NCBI GenBank assembly: GCA_965232895.1
Contig: OZ247430.1
Coordinates: 2,730,111 to 2,794,110, forward strand
Length of the DNA: 64,000 nt
Direction: 5' to 3'
DNA from: Dehalococcoidia bacterium
GTDB lineage: Bacteria; Chloroflexota; Dehalococcoidia; Lucifugimonadales; UBA3495
The position numbers and the translations under genes were made by a program. Every line of letters begins with the position of its first letter. Position 1 is the stretch's first letter. Below are positions 17,643-28,192 of this stretch, piece by piece. The notes under the pieces are model-generated. The model saw only the letters and a program-made list of their open reading frames with translations, ran no database searches and had not been told where the DNA came from.

Positions 17643-18062
17643 TCAGTGGCCTGACGGTGTGATGGTGCGGTCGGCTCTGCGTACATGGAAAGTAAGGATG
17701 TTGTCCGTGGGGTCGTGGGTCATCCGCAGGTCTTTGAGGATGTCCTGACCAAGTATGCAGGGCAAGCCGGCGGGGACATCTTGGGGCGTCGCTATCCAGA
17801 TGTCTACGTCGTAGTGGTAAACGGAGGCGCCGTCGGCGTTGGCAATGGCGATGGTCGCGGGTTCGGTGAAGCGCCTTGAGCTGCCGGTTGCGCCGGTGAT
17901 GACGAAGGGGTTTTCGAGTTGCGCCTAGGGCAGGTCGGCAAAGACGGTGGGGTCGGAACCGGTGTCGACCAAGAATGTGGCGTAGGCGTTGACCATGAGC
18001 CTGGGAATGAGGACCCGCGCCATAATGGTGGGTTGTGCTTCTTCAAACCAGCCTTGGATCAT
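17643..18062 (-). pseudogene. Retropepsin-like (clan AA) aspartic protease with in-frame TAG at codon 46
   Basis: My translation is MIQGWFEEAQPTIMARVLIPRLMVNAYATFLVDTGSDPTVFADLP*AQLENPFVITGATG...GLPCILGQDILKDLRMTHDPTDNILTF. It contains the DTGS and ILGxDxL motifs. The TAG is the reverse complement of 17925-17927. The ATG overlaps the upstream stop (ATGA). Confidence 0.65.
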
Positions 18063-18337
18063 AGGACCATGACCTTGGGGTGGGGGTCTAGGAACTTGGT
18101 CCTGGCGGGCCCTTTGGGCGAGATGGCGCGAAGGTCCCTAGCCAAGGTTTCCTGGTCCGGGGCGAACCTCAGTATCAGGTCGGAGGTCATGCCGGCCCAC
18201 AGGCCGGAACGAGGATTGTCCAAGGTCTGTAATGCTTTCCTGAATGCAGCGGAGACTCGTTCGAGTTCCCGAATGCGGGCGATGGTTTCGCGGGCATCTT
18301 CAATGGCGTCGTGGTCTGATGCTGGGTGGTTGCCCAT
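18059..18337 (-). CDS. Small hypothetical protein (92 aa) coupled to the retropepsin-like gene
   Basis: Start MGNHPASDHD at ATG 18337 with GGAGG ~6 nt upstream. Helical sequence AIEDARETIARIRELERVSAAFRKALQTL. Confidence 0.5.
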   Translation of the reverse strand: MGNHPASDHDAIEDARETIARIRELERVSAAFRKALQTLDNPRSGLWAGMTSDLILRFAPDQETLARDLRAISPKGPARTKFLDPHPKVMVL

Positions 18338-19313
18338 TTCGCTCCTCCGCGAAGGATGGGGGTCGGTTTCAGGGTATCTGAAGGCAATTCGGGTCGCAAC
18401 GGGTTCTGGCCGGCGCCAACACCACCTGGACCATGGTGCAGCGGCGATGGTCCGCTGCACCCGACCGCTTCGACCGGTTGGACAAACAGCAGGCCGGCGC
18501 GCTGATCGCCACGCTGCGTCGCCACGGGCATCTTCCGGCAAACCACTCCCTGGACGGTGGACCACCCAGACGGCAGAACTCAGACTGAGGCTGCGCGATG
18601 GCTCGCGGGCCGAGCCGTGCCGTCCGCGCTTCAGTACGCCGTCAGGGCCGGTGGGCCGGTAGGCCTCGCCGACACGCACCGTGTTGCTGCAGCGATCGGT
18701 CCCGCAACAAGGCCCTCATCCGCCATGCGCCTTACCCCGTCGATGGGCATGAGACCGGACGCAGGCGCAGGTCGTCCACTGAGGCCGGGGAAAGGGGGCT
18801 CGTACATCACCGCAGTTGCTCTTCTTGACCCCTCCACTCGCCACGGTTACGCTACCGCCGGCTCAGTGGACCGCAATGCAGGTCACCAAAGATGGACGGA
18901 GCAGTTGACCCCGTCCACGACGGCATCGCCCGCAAGGTCTGCGCATCGCCAGAAACGACACCGCACTGACGCTCTGAGGCCCTCTTGGGCGTGGCGGAGA
19001 CCAGTGGAACTGTTGAACCTCAGCGGTGTGGTCTACGGCCAATTGGCGTGAGGATTAAAAGCGCCGGCCGGAACGCAGTGCGCTTCCGCGGCCGTTTTGG
19101 CGGCCGTCAACTGGGGACCGGAAAAGCCAGGGCCACAGTACCGGGACTGTCTCCGCAGTGAAGACCGGGAGGCGGCGCCGGAGCTGGCGTTCGAGCCGGA
19201 TGCCCGCTCACAAAACTGAATTGTGCATTGACGCCAGGCGCTTGTTCCGATCGGTCCGGCCGGGATTGTTGCAAGAAAGGTCCGGCATACGCTACCGCGT
19301 TCCGGCAGGGTGA

Positions 19314-19832
19314 TTGCGAGAGATGAGCGAACGAACTGCCAACGCTTCATTCTGGCAACTGATCCGGTCGCGGACCTTCGGATTGTTGTGGGTAGCCGGT
19401 GGTCTGTCCGCCATCGGCGATCAGTTCGACCTGATTGCTTTCCCGTGGCTGGTGTTGATGGTCACCGGCGACCCGACGGCGGTGGGCATAGTCCTGGCGG
19501 TGGGCAACGTTCCTGCCATTCTCTTCATTCTCATTGGCGGGTCGTTGGCGGACCGGTACTCGCCGCGGTTGATCATGCTCGCCAGCAACGGCATACGGAT
19601 TGTCCTCGTCGCGTCCCTGGCCGCCTTGGTCTTGACTGAACTGTCAGACCTGTGGCTGATCTACGTGTTCGCGTTGCTCAAGGGCATCGCGGATTCGTTC
19701 TATTACCCGGCTCAATTGGCGATGCTGCCTCGCATCGTGCCGGTCGAACTGCTGCGACAGTCCAACGCTGCGGTGCGTACAACGACCCAGCTGAGCGGTT
19801 TCATAGGGCCTTCGCTGGCCGGCGGTGATTAA
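19314..19832 (+). pseudogene. MFS transporter, N-terminal fragment (interrupted by IS21-family element)
   Basis: TM-rich sequence FGLLWVAGGLSAIGDQFDLIAFPWLVL...GGSLADRYSPR is an MFS (EntS/MFS_3-like) pattern. The reading frame ends ...GPSLAGG at the IS junction. Confidence 0.75.
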
Positions 19833-19873
19833 CGACAATAAGGAATGCCTGTTGTGCTGACTATATTTGCCGG

Positions 19874-21415
19874 TTGAGGTGGGGTAAAACCCTCCGGCAC
19901 GGAGGTGCCGGATTGATCAAAGACCGACAAGTCAGACTATTGAGGCGGAGACTTATGGAAGGAAAAACTCAGGAGACGGCGGCCGCCATGGCCGGGATGT
20001 GCGTGCGGTCAGCGCGCAAGTGGCAGGACGGCCCGTTGCCGTCGGAGACGAAGGAGGAGCGCTGGTGGCGGACCCGGCCCGATCCCTTCGACGGGGTGTG
20101 GGAGGAGGAGATTGAGCCTCTGCTGCAAGGCGATCCCAAGGGCAAGCTGAAGGCAACGACAATTATCGAATGGCTGGAGGAGCAGCATCCCGGGCGCTTC
20201 AGCGCCTCCCAGCTCCGGACCCTCCAACGACGATTACAGGACTGGCGGGCGCTGAATGGTCCGGACCAGGAGGTGTACTTCCCCCAGGAGCATCCGCCGG
20301 GACGGGAAGCCCAGTTCGACTTCACCCACGGCAGCGCCCTGGGGGTGACCGTCGCCGGTGAGCCTTATCCCCACCTGCTGTTCCAGCTGATCCTCAGCCA
20401 CTCGGGCTGGCGTTACGCCGAGGTCACCGCCGGCGAGACCTTCCTGGCCCTCAAGCAGGGACTGCAGAATGCGCTGTGGACCCTGGGCGGCGTACCGGAG
20501 GTGGTGCGTTCCGACAATACCTCCGCTGCCACCCACGAGATGAAACGCAGCCGCGGCCGGGCGCTTAACGCCAATTACGCCGCCCTGCTGGACCACTACG
20601 GCGTGCGCTCCACCCGCATCAATCCTGGCAAGAGCCATGAAAACGGCGTCGCCGAGCACGCCCACTACCGTTTGAAGGATGCCGTGGACCAGGCCCTCAT
20701 CCTCCGCGGCAGTCGCGATTTCCACACCGCCGATGACTACGCCGGTTTCGTACGGGAGATGGTGGAGAAGCGCAATCGCCTGGTGAAGGGGAAGCTGGAG
20801 CAGGAAATGGCTTGTCTGAGGCCCCTACCGCCAGCTCCCATGCCGGAATACGCCAACTACCAGTCCAAGGTGCGCCGGTGGAGTACGATCCAGGTGGCGG
20901 GACGCAGCTACAGCGTCCCGTCCCGGCTCATTGGCAAGGTGGTACAGATCCGCCTCTATTCCGATCACGTGGAAGTGTACTACAAGGGTCACTTTGTCGA
21001 ACGCATGGAGCGAGTGCGCGGAGATGGGGAAGTAAACGTCAATTACCGTCACGTGATCAATTCCCTGGTGCGCAAGCCGGGAGCCTTTGCCCGTTACCGC
21101 TTCCGGGAGCAGCTGTTTCCCACCCTGCGCTTCCGGCTCACCTACGACGCGCTCAGGCAGTGGCGCGGGGAGCGCGCCGACGTGGAGTACGTGCGCATCC
21201 TGCACCTGGCGGCGCAGACCATGGAGGCCAATGTGGACAGCGCCCTGTCGCTGCTGCTGGAGGCCGGTCAGCCCTTTGACTACGGCGAGGTGCGGGAACT
21301 GGCCGAGCCCAAACCGCCTCAGGCTCCGGTGCTCACCCTGTCCGGCCAGCCGGACCTGAAGATCTACGATGGTCTGCTCACCGTCAACCTGGCTACGGCG
21401 GGGGTGTGCGCATGA
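19874..21415 (+). CDS. istA: IS21-family transposase IstA
   Basis: HTH N-terminus plus a DDE core (QFDFTHG...VVRSDNTSAATHE...NPGKSHENGVAEHAH). Confidence 0.9.
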   Translation: MRWGKTLRHGGAGLIKDRQVRLLRRRLMEGKTQETAAAMAGMCVRSARKWQDGPLPSETKEERWWRTRPDPFDGVWEEEIEPLLQGDPKGKLKATTIIEWLEEQHPGRFSASQLRTLQRRLQDWRALNGPDQEVYFPQEHPPGREAQFDFTHGSALGVTVAGEPYPHLLFQLILSHSGWRYAEVTAGETFLALKQGLQNALWTLGGVPEVVRSDNTSAATHEMKRSRGRALNANYAALLDHYGVRSTRINPGKSHENGVAEHAHYRLKDAVDQALILRGSRDFHTADDYAGFVREMVEKRNRLVKGKLEQEMACLRPLPPAPMPEYANYQSKVRRWSTIQVAGRSYSVPSRLIGKVVQIRLYSDHVEVYYKGHFVERMERVRGDGEVNVNYRHVINSLVRKPGAFARYRFREQLFPTLRFRLTYDALRQWRGERADVEYVRILHLAAQTMEANVDSALSLLLEAGQPFDYGEVRELAEPKPPQAPVLTLSGQPDLKIYDGLLTVNLATAGVCA

Positions 21416-22203
21416 TGGACACCGACACCAGGGTCATGCAGGAGCGCATCGGCCTGCTCTGTCGCGAATTCAAGCTGCCCACCATGGGCGCCCAGTCGGT
21501 GGCCCGTTTCACCGAGGCTGGCCACGGCGACGCCCTGTCCACCTTCCTGGAGGTGCTGGAGCAGGAGGCCGAGGATCGCCGCCACCGGCGCATCAACCGG
21601 CTGCGTCAGGCGTCCCGGCTACCCTCGGGCAAGACCTGGGAGACCTTCGAGCATCACCGGATGCCGCTCGCTCTACGGCAGCAACTGGACCACCTGGCCC
21701 AGGGCAGTTTCGTGGATCACGGCGTCAACGTGCTGGCCTTCGGTCTCCCCGGCACCGGCAAGACCCACGCCCTATGCGCTCTGGGACACCGACTGGTGGA
21801 AACCGGACACTCCGTCCTCTTCGCACCGGCCTACCGTCTGGTGCAGGATCTGCTCGCCGCCAAACGCGACTTCGACCTGCCCAGACAACTGCGCAAGCTG
21901 GACAACTTCGACCTCCTGCTCCTGGACGATCTGGGCTACCTCCCCCAAGGCGCTGAGGAGTCCGAGGTCCTCTTCACTCTGATCGCCGAACGCTACGAGC
22001 GGAGGTCGCTGGGCATCACGTCCAACCTGGTCTTCTCGGAGTGGGAACGCATCTTCGCCAACCCCATGGCCACCGCCGCCGCCATTGACCGGGTCGTGCA
22101 CCACTCCGTCATCCTGGAGTTTGACGTCCCCAGCTACCGGACTGACGCAGCACAGCAACGCGGCGAGACTGCCGCGGCCGAGGAGGTGAACCGGCAAAAC
22201 TAA
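21412..22203 (+). CDS. istB: IS21-family helper ATPase IstB
   Basis: Walker A GLPGTGKTH and Walker B LLLLDDLGY. ATGA overlap with the istA stop. Confidence 0.9.
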   Translation: MMDTDTRVMQERIGLLCREFKLPTMGAQSVARFTEAGHGDALSTFLEVLEQEAEDRRHRRINRLRQASRLPSGKTWETFEHHRMPLALRQQLDHLAQGSFVDHGVNVLAFGLPGTGKTHALCALGHRLVETGHSVLFAPAYRLVQDLLAAKRDFDLPRQLRKLDNFDLLLLDDLGYLPQGAEESEVLFTLIAERYERRSLGITSNLVFSEWERIFANPMATAAAIDRVVHHSVILEFDVPSYRTDAAQQRGETAAAEEVNRQN

Positions 22204-22240
22204 TCGACGATAAATCGGCAAGAATGGTTGACGCGGGACA

Positions 22241-23044
22241 GGCGGCCTCATAGCCTTGTTCAGCGCCGGACCATCTCCCACGGACGGCGCGGATAAGATG
22301 GGGATAGGACTGGCGTTCGTGGTGGTGGCCTTGGTTCTATCGGTGTCCGCGCTGATGCTTCTGCTGATGCGCACGGAAATCGCCGCCCATGGACATGCGG
22401 GCGAAGAAACGGAAAATGCCAGCATACTTTCATCGATTGGCCAGGGGATTCAGTACGCGCGCGCGGACGCGGCTATGCTCGCAATCTTCCTGCTCATCGT
22501 GCAGATGGAACTCCTGATGCGGGGACCGGTGACGGTGGGAATGCCCGTCCTGGCGCATTCACGGTTGACGGGTGGCGCGCTGGCGTTGGGGATAATCACT
22601 TCCACCTACGCCGGAGGTTCGGTGCTGGGCGCTGTCCTTGCAGGGGCGTTGCCCGCACCCAGGCGTGGGTTAGGGCCAATTGTGGTTGCGGTCTTCACCC
22701 TTTCCGGGATCCTCATGATGCCCTTCGGCTGGCTGAACGCGACGTGGCTGGCGTCGGCAATTACGCTGGCGATCGGGGTAATGGGCGGGTACGTGGGGGT
22801 CCTGATCATCTCGTGGATTCAGGGCCGAACGCAGCAGGCCATGTTGGGCCGAGTGATGAGCCTGTTGCTGGTTGCTCAGGTTACCGTGTCCCCAATTTCT
22901 ACAGCGGCATCGGGTATCCTGATCAAGGTGAGCTTGGGATGGGTATTTCTTGTCGCTGGCGCGTCAATGGCGACCCTCAGTGCAATGATCGGCTTGCGGC
23001 GTGAGATACGCGGGATGCGTATGGCTGAAAGCCAGGACGGCTAG
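22241..23044 (+). pseudogene. MFS transporter, C-terminal fragment
   Basis: The in-frame continuation GGLIALFSAG...GIGLAFVVVALVLSVSAL... starts immediately after the IS right end, followed by six or so TM-like segments. Confidence 0.75.
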
Positions 23045-23285
23045 CCGAATCCACGAAACCGTTGCGTCAAGCACGCGTAGGCCCAACATCCTTGTGGCGG
23101 GGGTTTCCTGAGCGGTGTACCCCCTCGTGATATCGAAATCGGGGCAGGTGGGAGGCTCGCCACGTCGAGCGAGACGGACGACCACTCTGGCGTTACGGTC
23201 AACGAGCTGTCATCGAACCAGCCCACCAGCGTATGAAGGGCGAGCGCCCCATCGCCATTGACCGTCCCCGGCGTCGGGAGCCACA

Positions 23286-23640
23286 TTGCGGGTCATGGAC
23301 CATGCTGTATCCGGTGGCCCAGGGCGGGTGCAGGTCCTGCTAGCCGCGGATACGGCCATCTCCCAAGCCCAGGCGGCCGTTGCCGAGCTGCAGCGCTTGT
23401 CTGCCCTGGACCCCGACTGGGACTGGTCCAGGTGCTTGGTGAGATCGCCCTGGAATGGAGCTACCTCAACCCGGTGCGGAGCCTCTGCGAGCTGGAGGGG
23501 GATTCCGGTGCAACTGGCCAGCGAGGAGTTCACCGGCGTGTGGCGCCTGCGCGAGACCCGGGCCCTGTTGAATTGGCTGAACCAACGTGAAGGCGACCTG
23601 GTGACCGGCGCTGATCTCAACGGTTGGGTGAATAGCCAGC
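23286..23640 (+). pseudogene. Fragment of a UvrD/RecQ-type helicase C-terminal region, frame-broken
   Basis: Pieces lie in two frames: RVQVLLAADTAISQAQAAVAELQRL...DWDWSRC and LEWSYLNPVRSLCELEG / IPVQLASEEFTGVWRLRETRALLNWL. They resemble the helicase 2B/C-terminal pattern (AVLxR...LE..GIPxxx...F..R.Ei..ll.yL). The fragment ends at the serine-recombinase 3' end. Confidence 0.35.
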
Positions 23641-23645
23641 CCTGC

Positions 23646-24487
23646 TTACGCGGGGCGAGCGGTCGTAAGTCGCGCCTGGGTGCGGGAAAGTGAGGTGTAT
23701 CCGTGCTGGCGCGGGCTCAAAAGGGCAGAAGGGGAAACTGGGTCTCCGGAGAGACCCAGCTCGGTGTCTGAGTTTGTCGATTTCCCCGCATCCCGCGGGA
23801 GTGGGATGCTGTAAATAATTTTGACCCTGCCTGGGTGAACCCAGATTGTCTTGACGAATTTCTTGAGCACCTGCTTGCGTTCTCTGGCGGCGGAGTGCTT
23901 GATGAACTCGCCCACATCTCTGGCGAAGTCCAGCACCATCTGCGGCTTGGCGATGACGGCGGCCTGTTGGTCCAGGTCGCGTTCCGCATCCACTTTCTTC
24001 TTGGCGAGTTCAGCCTCTGAGCGCCGCAGAGGTTCCATCCGTTTCGCGAAGTCGGTTACTGAGTAGGCGCCGGTTTCGTAGGCTTGCATCACTCGTTCCT
24101 GCTGCTCTTGGACTTTCCGGATTTGGTCTTCCAATAGGCGGACGGTGGTGGCCTGTTGCTCGTAGGGGCCGCTGAGTTCCTTGCCAATTATGTCCATGGC
24201 TGCCTGGAGGTTCTCGATGGAGAGGAGGTCATCCAGGATGACCCTGAGGACCTTCTGGTCGCAATTCGCTGCGTTGACGAATGGGAGTTCACAGCCGGCT
24301 ATGGCGTGTTTTTTCCGGTTGGTGCAGACATAGTACCTGAGACCGGCGTGCTTGCTGTACTTCCCGGTCAGTTTCTGGCCGCAGAGGCCGCACCGGAGCA
24401 TGCTGGTCAGCATGTACTCGCTTGAGACCTGCCGGGGGTTGATGACCTCGCGAAACTTGCTGGCCAGTACCTCGATGGCGAGATCTA
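23646..24487 (-). pseudogene. Large serine recombinase, C-terminal part (zinc ribbon + coiled coil), interrupted by IS630 and 5'-truncated
   Basis: YMLTSMLRCGLCGQKLTGKYSKHAGLRYYVCTNRKK followed by a long coiled coil is typical of large serine recombinases. The frame continues across the IS630 at 25722-25911 (...RHYGVVATWRED...). No resolvase catalytic domain is present. Confidence 0.7.
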
Positions 24488-25719
24488 AACCAAAGCCAAG
24501 GTGAAAAGCGCAGACAGTCAGGGTAAAGTAGGGGAAAGACACGGGACAGATAATCGTGTTGTGATGGGGGGATGATGGGAGTCAGGGAGATAGAGCGGTC
24601 GCTGGAGCGGTGGGGGTTGGGAGTGAAAGACTTGCAGCGCCGGATGATTCTGGCGCCCACGCCGCGGGAGCGGGAGCGCTGGTACGCGATGCTGTTGCTG
24701 GCCCAGGGGTGGACGGCGGCGGCCGCGGCGGAGGCGCTGGAGCGGGACCCGCACACCATAGGACGGTGGGCGTCGGCCTTGGGTGAGGGAGGTCCCAGGG
24801 CGTTGATTTTCGAGCAGACCGGTGGTTCCCCCCCGCCCTTGACCAGGCGCAGCAAGAGGAGTTGAAAGGGGCGGTGCAACAATCGCCAGCGGCGTGGGGC
24901 CTGGAATTGGCCAACTGGTATTGGAAGGCGGTAAGGCAGTGGGTCCTGGAAAGCTTTGGCATCAGCCTGAGCCGCAGCAGCTGCCTGAACTGGCTGCACC
25001 GGTTGGGATTTGCTTTCAAGCGGCCGAAGAAACGGCTGCTGAAGGCGGATGATACCAAGCGGGCAGCCTTCGTGGCGGAGTATGCCGTTATGTGGGAGGA
25101 GTCCCAGGGGACTGGGGCCCGGATATTCTTCGCTGAAGAGGCCCACTTCCGGGCGGACGCGGAGTTGCGGGGGAAGTGGGTGCAGAAGGGAGAACCTGCC
25201 CTGGTGGACTCCACCAGTCCCAGCTACGGGGAGAAGGCCAGCTACTACTCAGCGGTATGCATGGAGACGGGAGAGGTGGAATGGATGGAACTGGATGGCA
25301 ACAGCAACTCGGGCACCTCGGTTGCCTTCCTGAAGCAACTGAAGGAGAGGCATCCTGGACCCTTGAAGGTGATCTGGGACAATGCGCCCGCCCATCGTGG
25401 GGAGGCGATGCGGGAATACCTGCGGACACCGGATCTGAAACTGCAACTGGTGAACCTGCCGGGGTACAGCCCGGACTTCAACGCTGATGAGGCCATCTGG
25501 GGGTGGGCCAGGGAGGAAGCCACCGGCAATCTGTGCCTGGGGAGCCGGGGAGCAGTGCGGGAGAGGGTGGGCCGGTTCCTGGCGGGATTGATCCACCGGA
25601 AAGAAGAGGTGAGACGGCGCTGCCGGACGATCCTCCAGTCAAAGGCCGAGGCAATCCTCTCAGACTCCCGGCTTGATTCACAACCCCCGCCAAATGCACA
25701 TCCCACCTTGGCTTTGGTT
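24488..25719 (+). mobile_element. IS630/Tc1-family insertion sequence (copy type 1)
   Basis: 19-bp terminal inverted repeats, CTAAACCAAAGCCAAGGTG (24485-24503) and its reverse complement (25704-25722). TA dinucleotide on both flanks. Confidence 0.85.
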
Positions 25720-25722
25720 TAG
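24572..25722 (+). CDS. IS630-family transposase, two frames joined by -1 shift in a C7 run
   Basis: HTH part 24572-24865; DDE part ...RIFFAEEAHF...VIWDNAPAHRG...LPGYSPDFNADE. Frames join at CCCCCCC 24828-24834 (...GGSPP/ALDQAQQEELK...). Confidence 0.85.
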
Positions 25723-26132
25723 CACCGCCAGCGACCCTGTGTTCACGGCCCACGTACCGATCCCAGCCACCGGATAGTGAACCGCGTTCCGCTCCGCGCG
25801 ATCCTCCCGCCAGGTCGCAACCACCCCATAGTGCCGGAGCCTGCAAAGCCGTGCAGAAACGAGCAAAACTCGCTTACAACGTCCGTCGCCAAACCGGTGG
25901 TTGTCGCCCACAATTCAATAAATCCTGAATCCGCCGACGCGTAGAACGCCGCCGACTGCAAAGCCCACTACCAGGACGGCTGGATGCGGTACTTCCACTT
26001 CAGGCTGTCTGGGCAAAAGTCAGTAATAATCAAGCCGTCGGCGTATGGTAGTCGGCTCCGACGTTATGGATTCGGAATTATTGCAGCTCACTGAGGGTTT
26101 GAGTTGGTGTGGATCAATGTCAGTCACGATTA

Positions 26133-27269
26133 TCACGAGCCAGACGGCCAGTTATCCAACGTCAGCTTCTTGCACGTCTTCCAGTCGATAGCATCATTAA
26201 GTTTGGGAGGATCGCTTTTATCGCCGTAGGTTTGGTCAAGTTGCTGTTGAGTCATGCGAAAATTTAACCCCGAGATCGTTTCACTCGACCCTGAGCTTGC
26301 AGGTTCAGTTCCCAAGATAGCACGGGTCATCACCGCTCTCTCCAAGTGGGCCTCTGAAAGATCTGCTCCCGCTAGGTTTGCACTATGCAATCTAGCATCT
26401 GAAAGGTCTGCACCTATCAGTACGGAGTCAGAAAGGTTTGCTTGGGTCAACCAGGCTTCCGCAAGGTCAGTTCCTGTCAAATCAGCTCCGATTAAATTAG
26501 ATTGGTCAAGCGCAGCGCCTTGCAGATTAGCACCAGTAAAATTCAACTCTTTCATGTCTGCATACCGCAGACGAGCATTTCGCAAGTCCAACCGGTTTTC
26601 TTCGAGACGCTGACCAGCGGAACTGCGTTTACCAATAGCAGTAATCACAGCTTGGACATCCGCGCGTAACTCTCCGCTAAGGGCAGGATTTTGTTCCATT
26701 AGCACCGGATCCCGCACGAAGGCGCAAAACAAGCGCATGACGTGCATATGGTATTGATCGGGGTGTTCTTCGGCCAAGCGTTGCAGGGCGTAGATGCCGC
26801 CTAGTCTCACCGACAGCATATTGCTGCCGAGCATTTCGGCACCGCGTTGGTAGCGCTCGTTAAGCAAAGTTTGCTGGGCGGTTGCAGTTTGATTTTGGGC
26901 CGCTTTGACCAACTTCTGGGAGGCGTTTACCTGTTCCATCGCAGCATTGGTTTGTCCTTGGGCGGCGTCGGCTTGGCTTTGAGCTACCCAAGCACGCCAC
27001 GCGGCGAAAAACAGAGCAAGTACACCAGCAATCAAAAATCCCACGTTACGGAGGATTTCGCTGTTGGATACCGCTGAACTATCGGGTGGCATAACACCGT
27101 TGGGCTCCTCGGTTGGCGGGCCAAGAGCGAGCCACCACCAAAAACACTCGGTAAGGAAAAGCATAATAGCCAGAAGCACCGTGATGAGGATAAGCATCCG
27201 AATCCGGCCATCTTTCAGCCAAACTTTAACGTGTTTGAGCATTATATTCCCATATGCAGCGATGCCCAT
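26133..27269 (-). CDS. Membrane-anchored pentapeptide-repeat protein
   Basis: N-terminal hydrophobic segments (LILITVLLAIMLF, VGFLIAGVLALFFAAW), a Q/A-rich coiled coil, then repeats LRNARLRYADMKELNFTGANLQGAALDQSNLIGADLTGTDLAEAWLTQANLSDSVLIGADLSDARLHSANLAGADLSEAHL. Confidence 0.8.
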   Translation of the reverse strand: MGIAAYGNIMLKHVKVWLKDGRIRMLILITVLLAIMLFLTECFWWWLALGPPTEEPNGVMPPDSSAVSNSEILRNVGFLIAGVLALFFAAWRAWVAQSQADAAQGQTNAAMEQVNASQKLVKAAQNQTATAQQTLLNERYQRGAEMLGSNMLSVRLGGIYALQRLAEEHPDQYHMHVMRLFCAFVRDPVLMEQNPALSGELRADVQAVITAIGKRSSAGQRLEENRLDLRNARLRYADMKELNFTGANLQGAALDQSNLIGADLTGTDLAEAWLTQANLSDSVLIGADLSDARLHSANLAGADLSEAHLERAVMTRAILGTEPASSGSSETISGLNFRMTQQQLDQTYGDKSDPPKLNDAIDWKTCKKLTLDNWPSGS

Positions 27270-28192
27270 TTCGCGGAGGCGGGCGGTTGGGTGGATTTGG
27301 GAGCGGTCGCCTTCGACGCGGTTGCCGCGGTCGCAGAACTTTTGGAGATTTTACAGGTGGTCGACGCCGCAATGGGATTGGGTGAGGACGTGTTCAGCTT
27401 CAGGTGGCGCAACTCGCAGGAAGTGAGCACGCGTGGAGCATCGCCCCAAATCGAAAAATCGCTCACCGTTCCCATGATAATCCTCTGACGCATTCACCAG
27501 CAACAGCAGCGTGTATCTCACCAGGGCTATCGCACATAAATATTGCTGTGCAGATTGTATTATGCAATCCTGCCACGCACTGTAAGTTTTGGGGGATTGG
27601 CCTCACCACCATTCGACTTCAGGGCGCTCTCAAGCTCAAAATTTTGACGAAAATCCCGGTCTGTGGCCTCAGGAGTTTCATATGCGATAGCCCTGGCATC
27701 TCACCAGGACCTTCTCAAAGTCGGGTGTGGGGTGAAAATATTGCCGAAGGTAGGGCCACGAGCCGCTGTGCTCAGCCAGTAAGAGGTTCACGGTCCTGAC
27801 CAGAGCGGGCACCCGCCGCCAGTATCCCTTCGGTGGATTCGGACTTAACTACCAACGCCGGAATGGGGCAACGCCTTCGCCGACATGGATCGGCACATCC
27901 AAATGTTCGAGGGGCACGGCCCCAAAGCGTATCGAATGAGCGCATGGGTCCGCGAAAACCTGGGGAACAACGAGGAAGCCGAGCGGAACCGACGGTTGGC
28001 CAAGTGACGGCACCCTGACGAGCAAGTTTCTGCCCAGCGAGAAATAATGACAACCGCCACAATAGCTTTGGTGGATTCGGGCTAATCGAAGGAGGTGTTC
28101 ACCGGAAAAGGGAACCCAAGCACTGGCAGGAAGGCCGGGACTCTCACTCAATTCGGCCCTGGTTCTGTCCAAATAATGGGTTCCACCTCACT

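Larger units (their letters stand above)
19850..22240 (+). mobile_element. IS21-family insertion sequence (istA + istB)
   Basis: Imperfect terminal inverted repeats TGTTGTGCTGACTATATTTGCCGG (left) and TGTCCCGCGTCAACCATTCTTGCCG (reverse complement of the right end). GGCGG is present on both flanks of the split MFS gene. 23 extra bp (19827-19849) between the flank and the left repeat are unexplained. Confidence 0.8.

Noticed and set aside
18380-19310. ORFs 18557-19051(+), 18059-18679(-) N-terminal part and 19033-19350(-) as genes
   Set aside because: They have the same low-complexity composition. Only the last 92 codons of 18059-18679 (from ATG 18337, which has a ribosome-binding site) look real.
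27783-28007. Small plus-strand ORF ending ...MFEGHGPKAYRMSAWVRENLGNNEEAERNRRLAK in the gap between the pentapeptide and STAND genes
   Set aside because: It is only 34 codons from the first ATG, has no ribosome-binding site, and the frame depends on an A4 run. The evidence is insufficient, though the tail looks protein-like.
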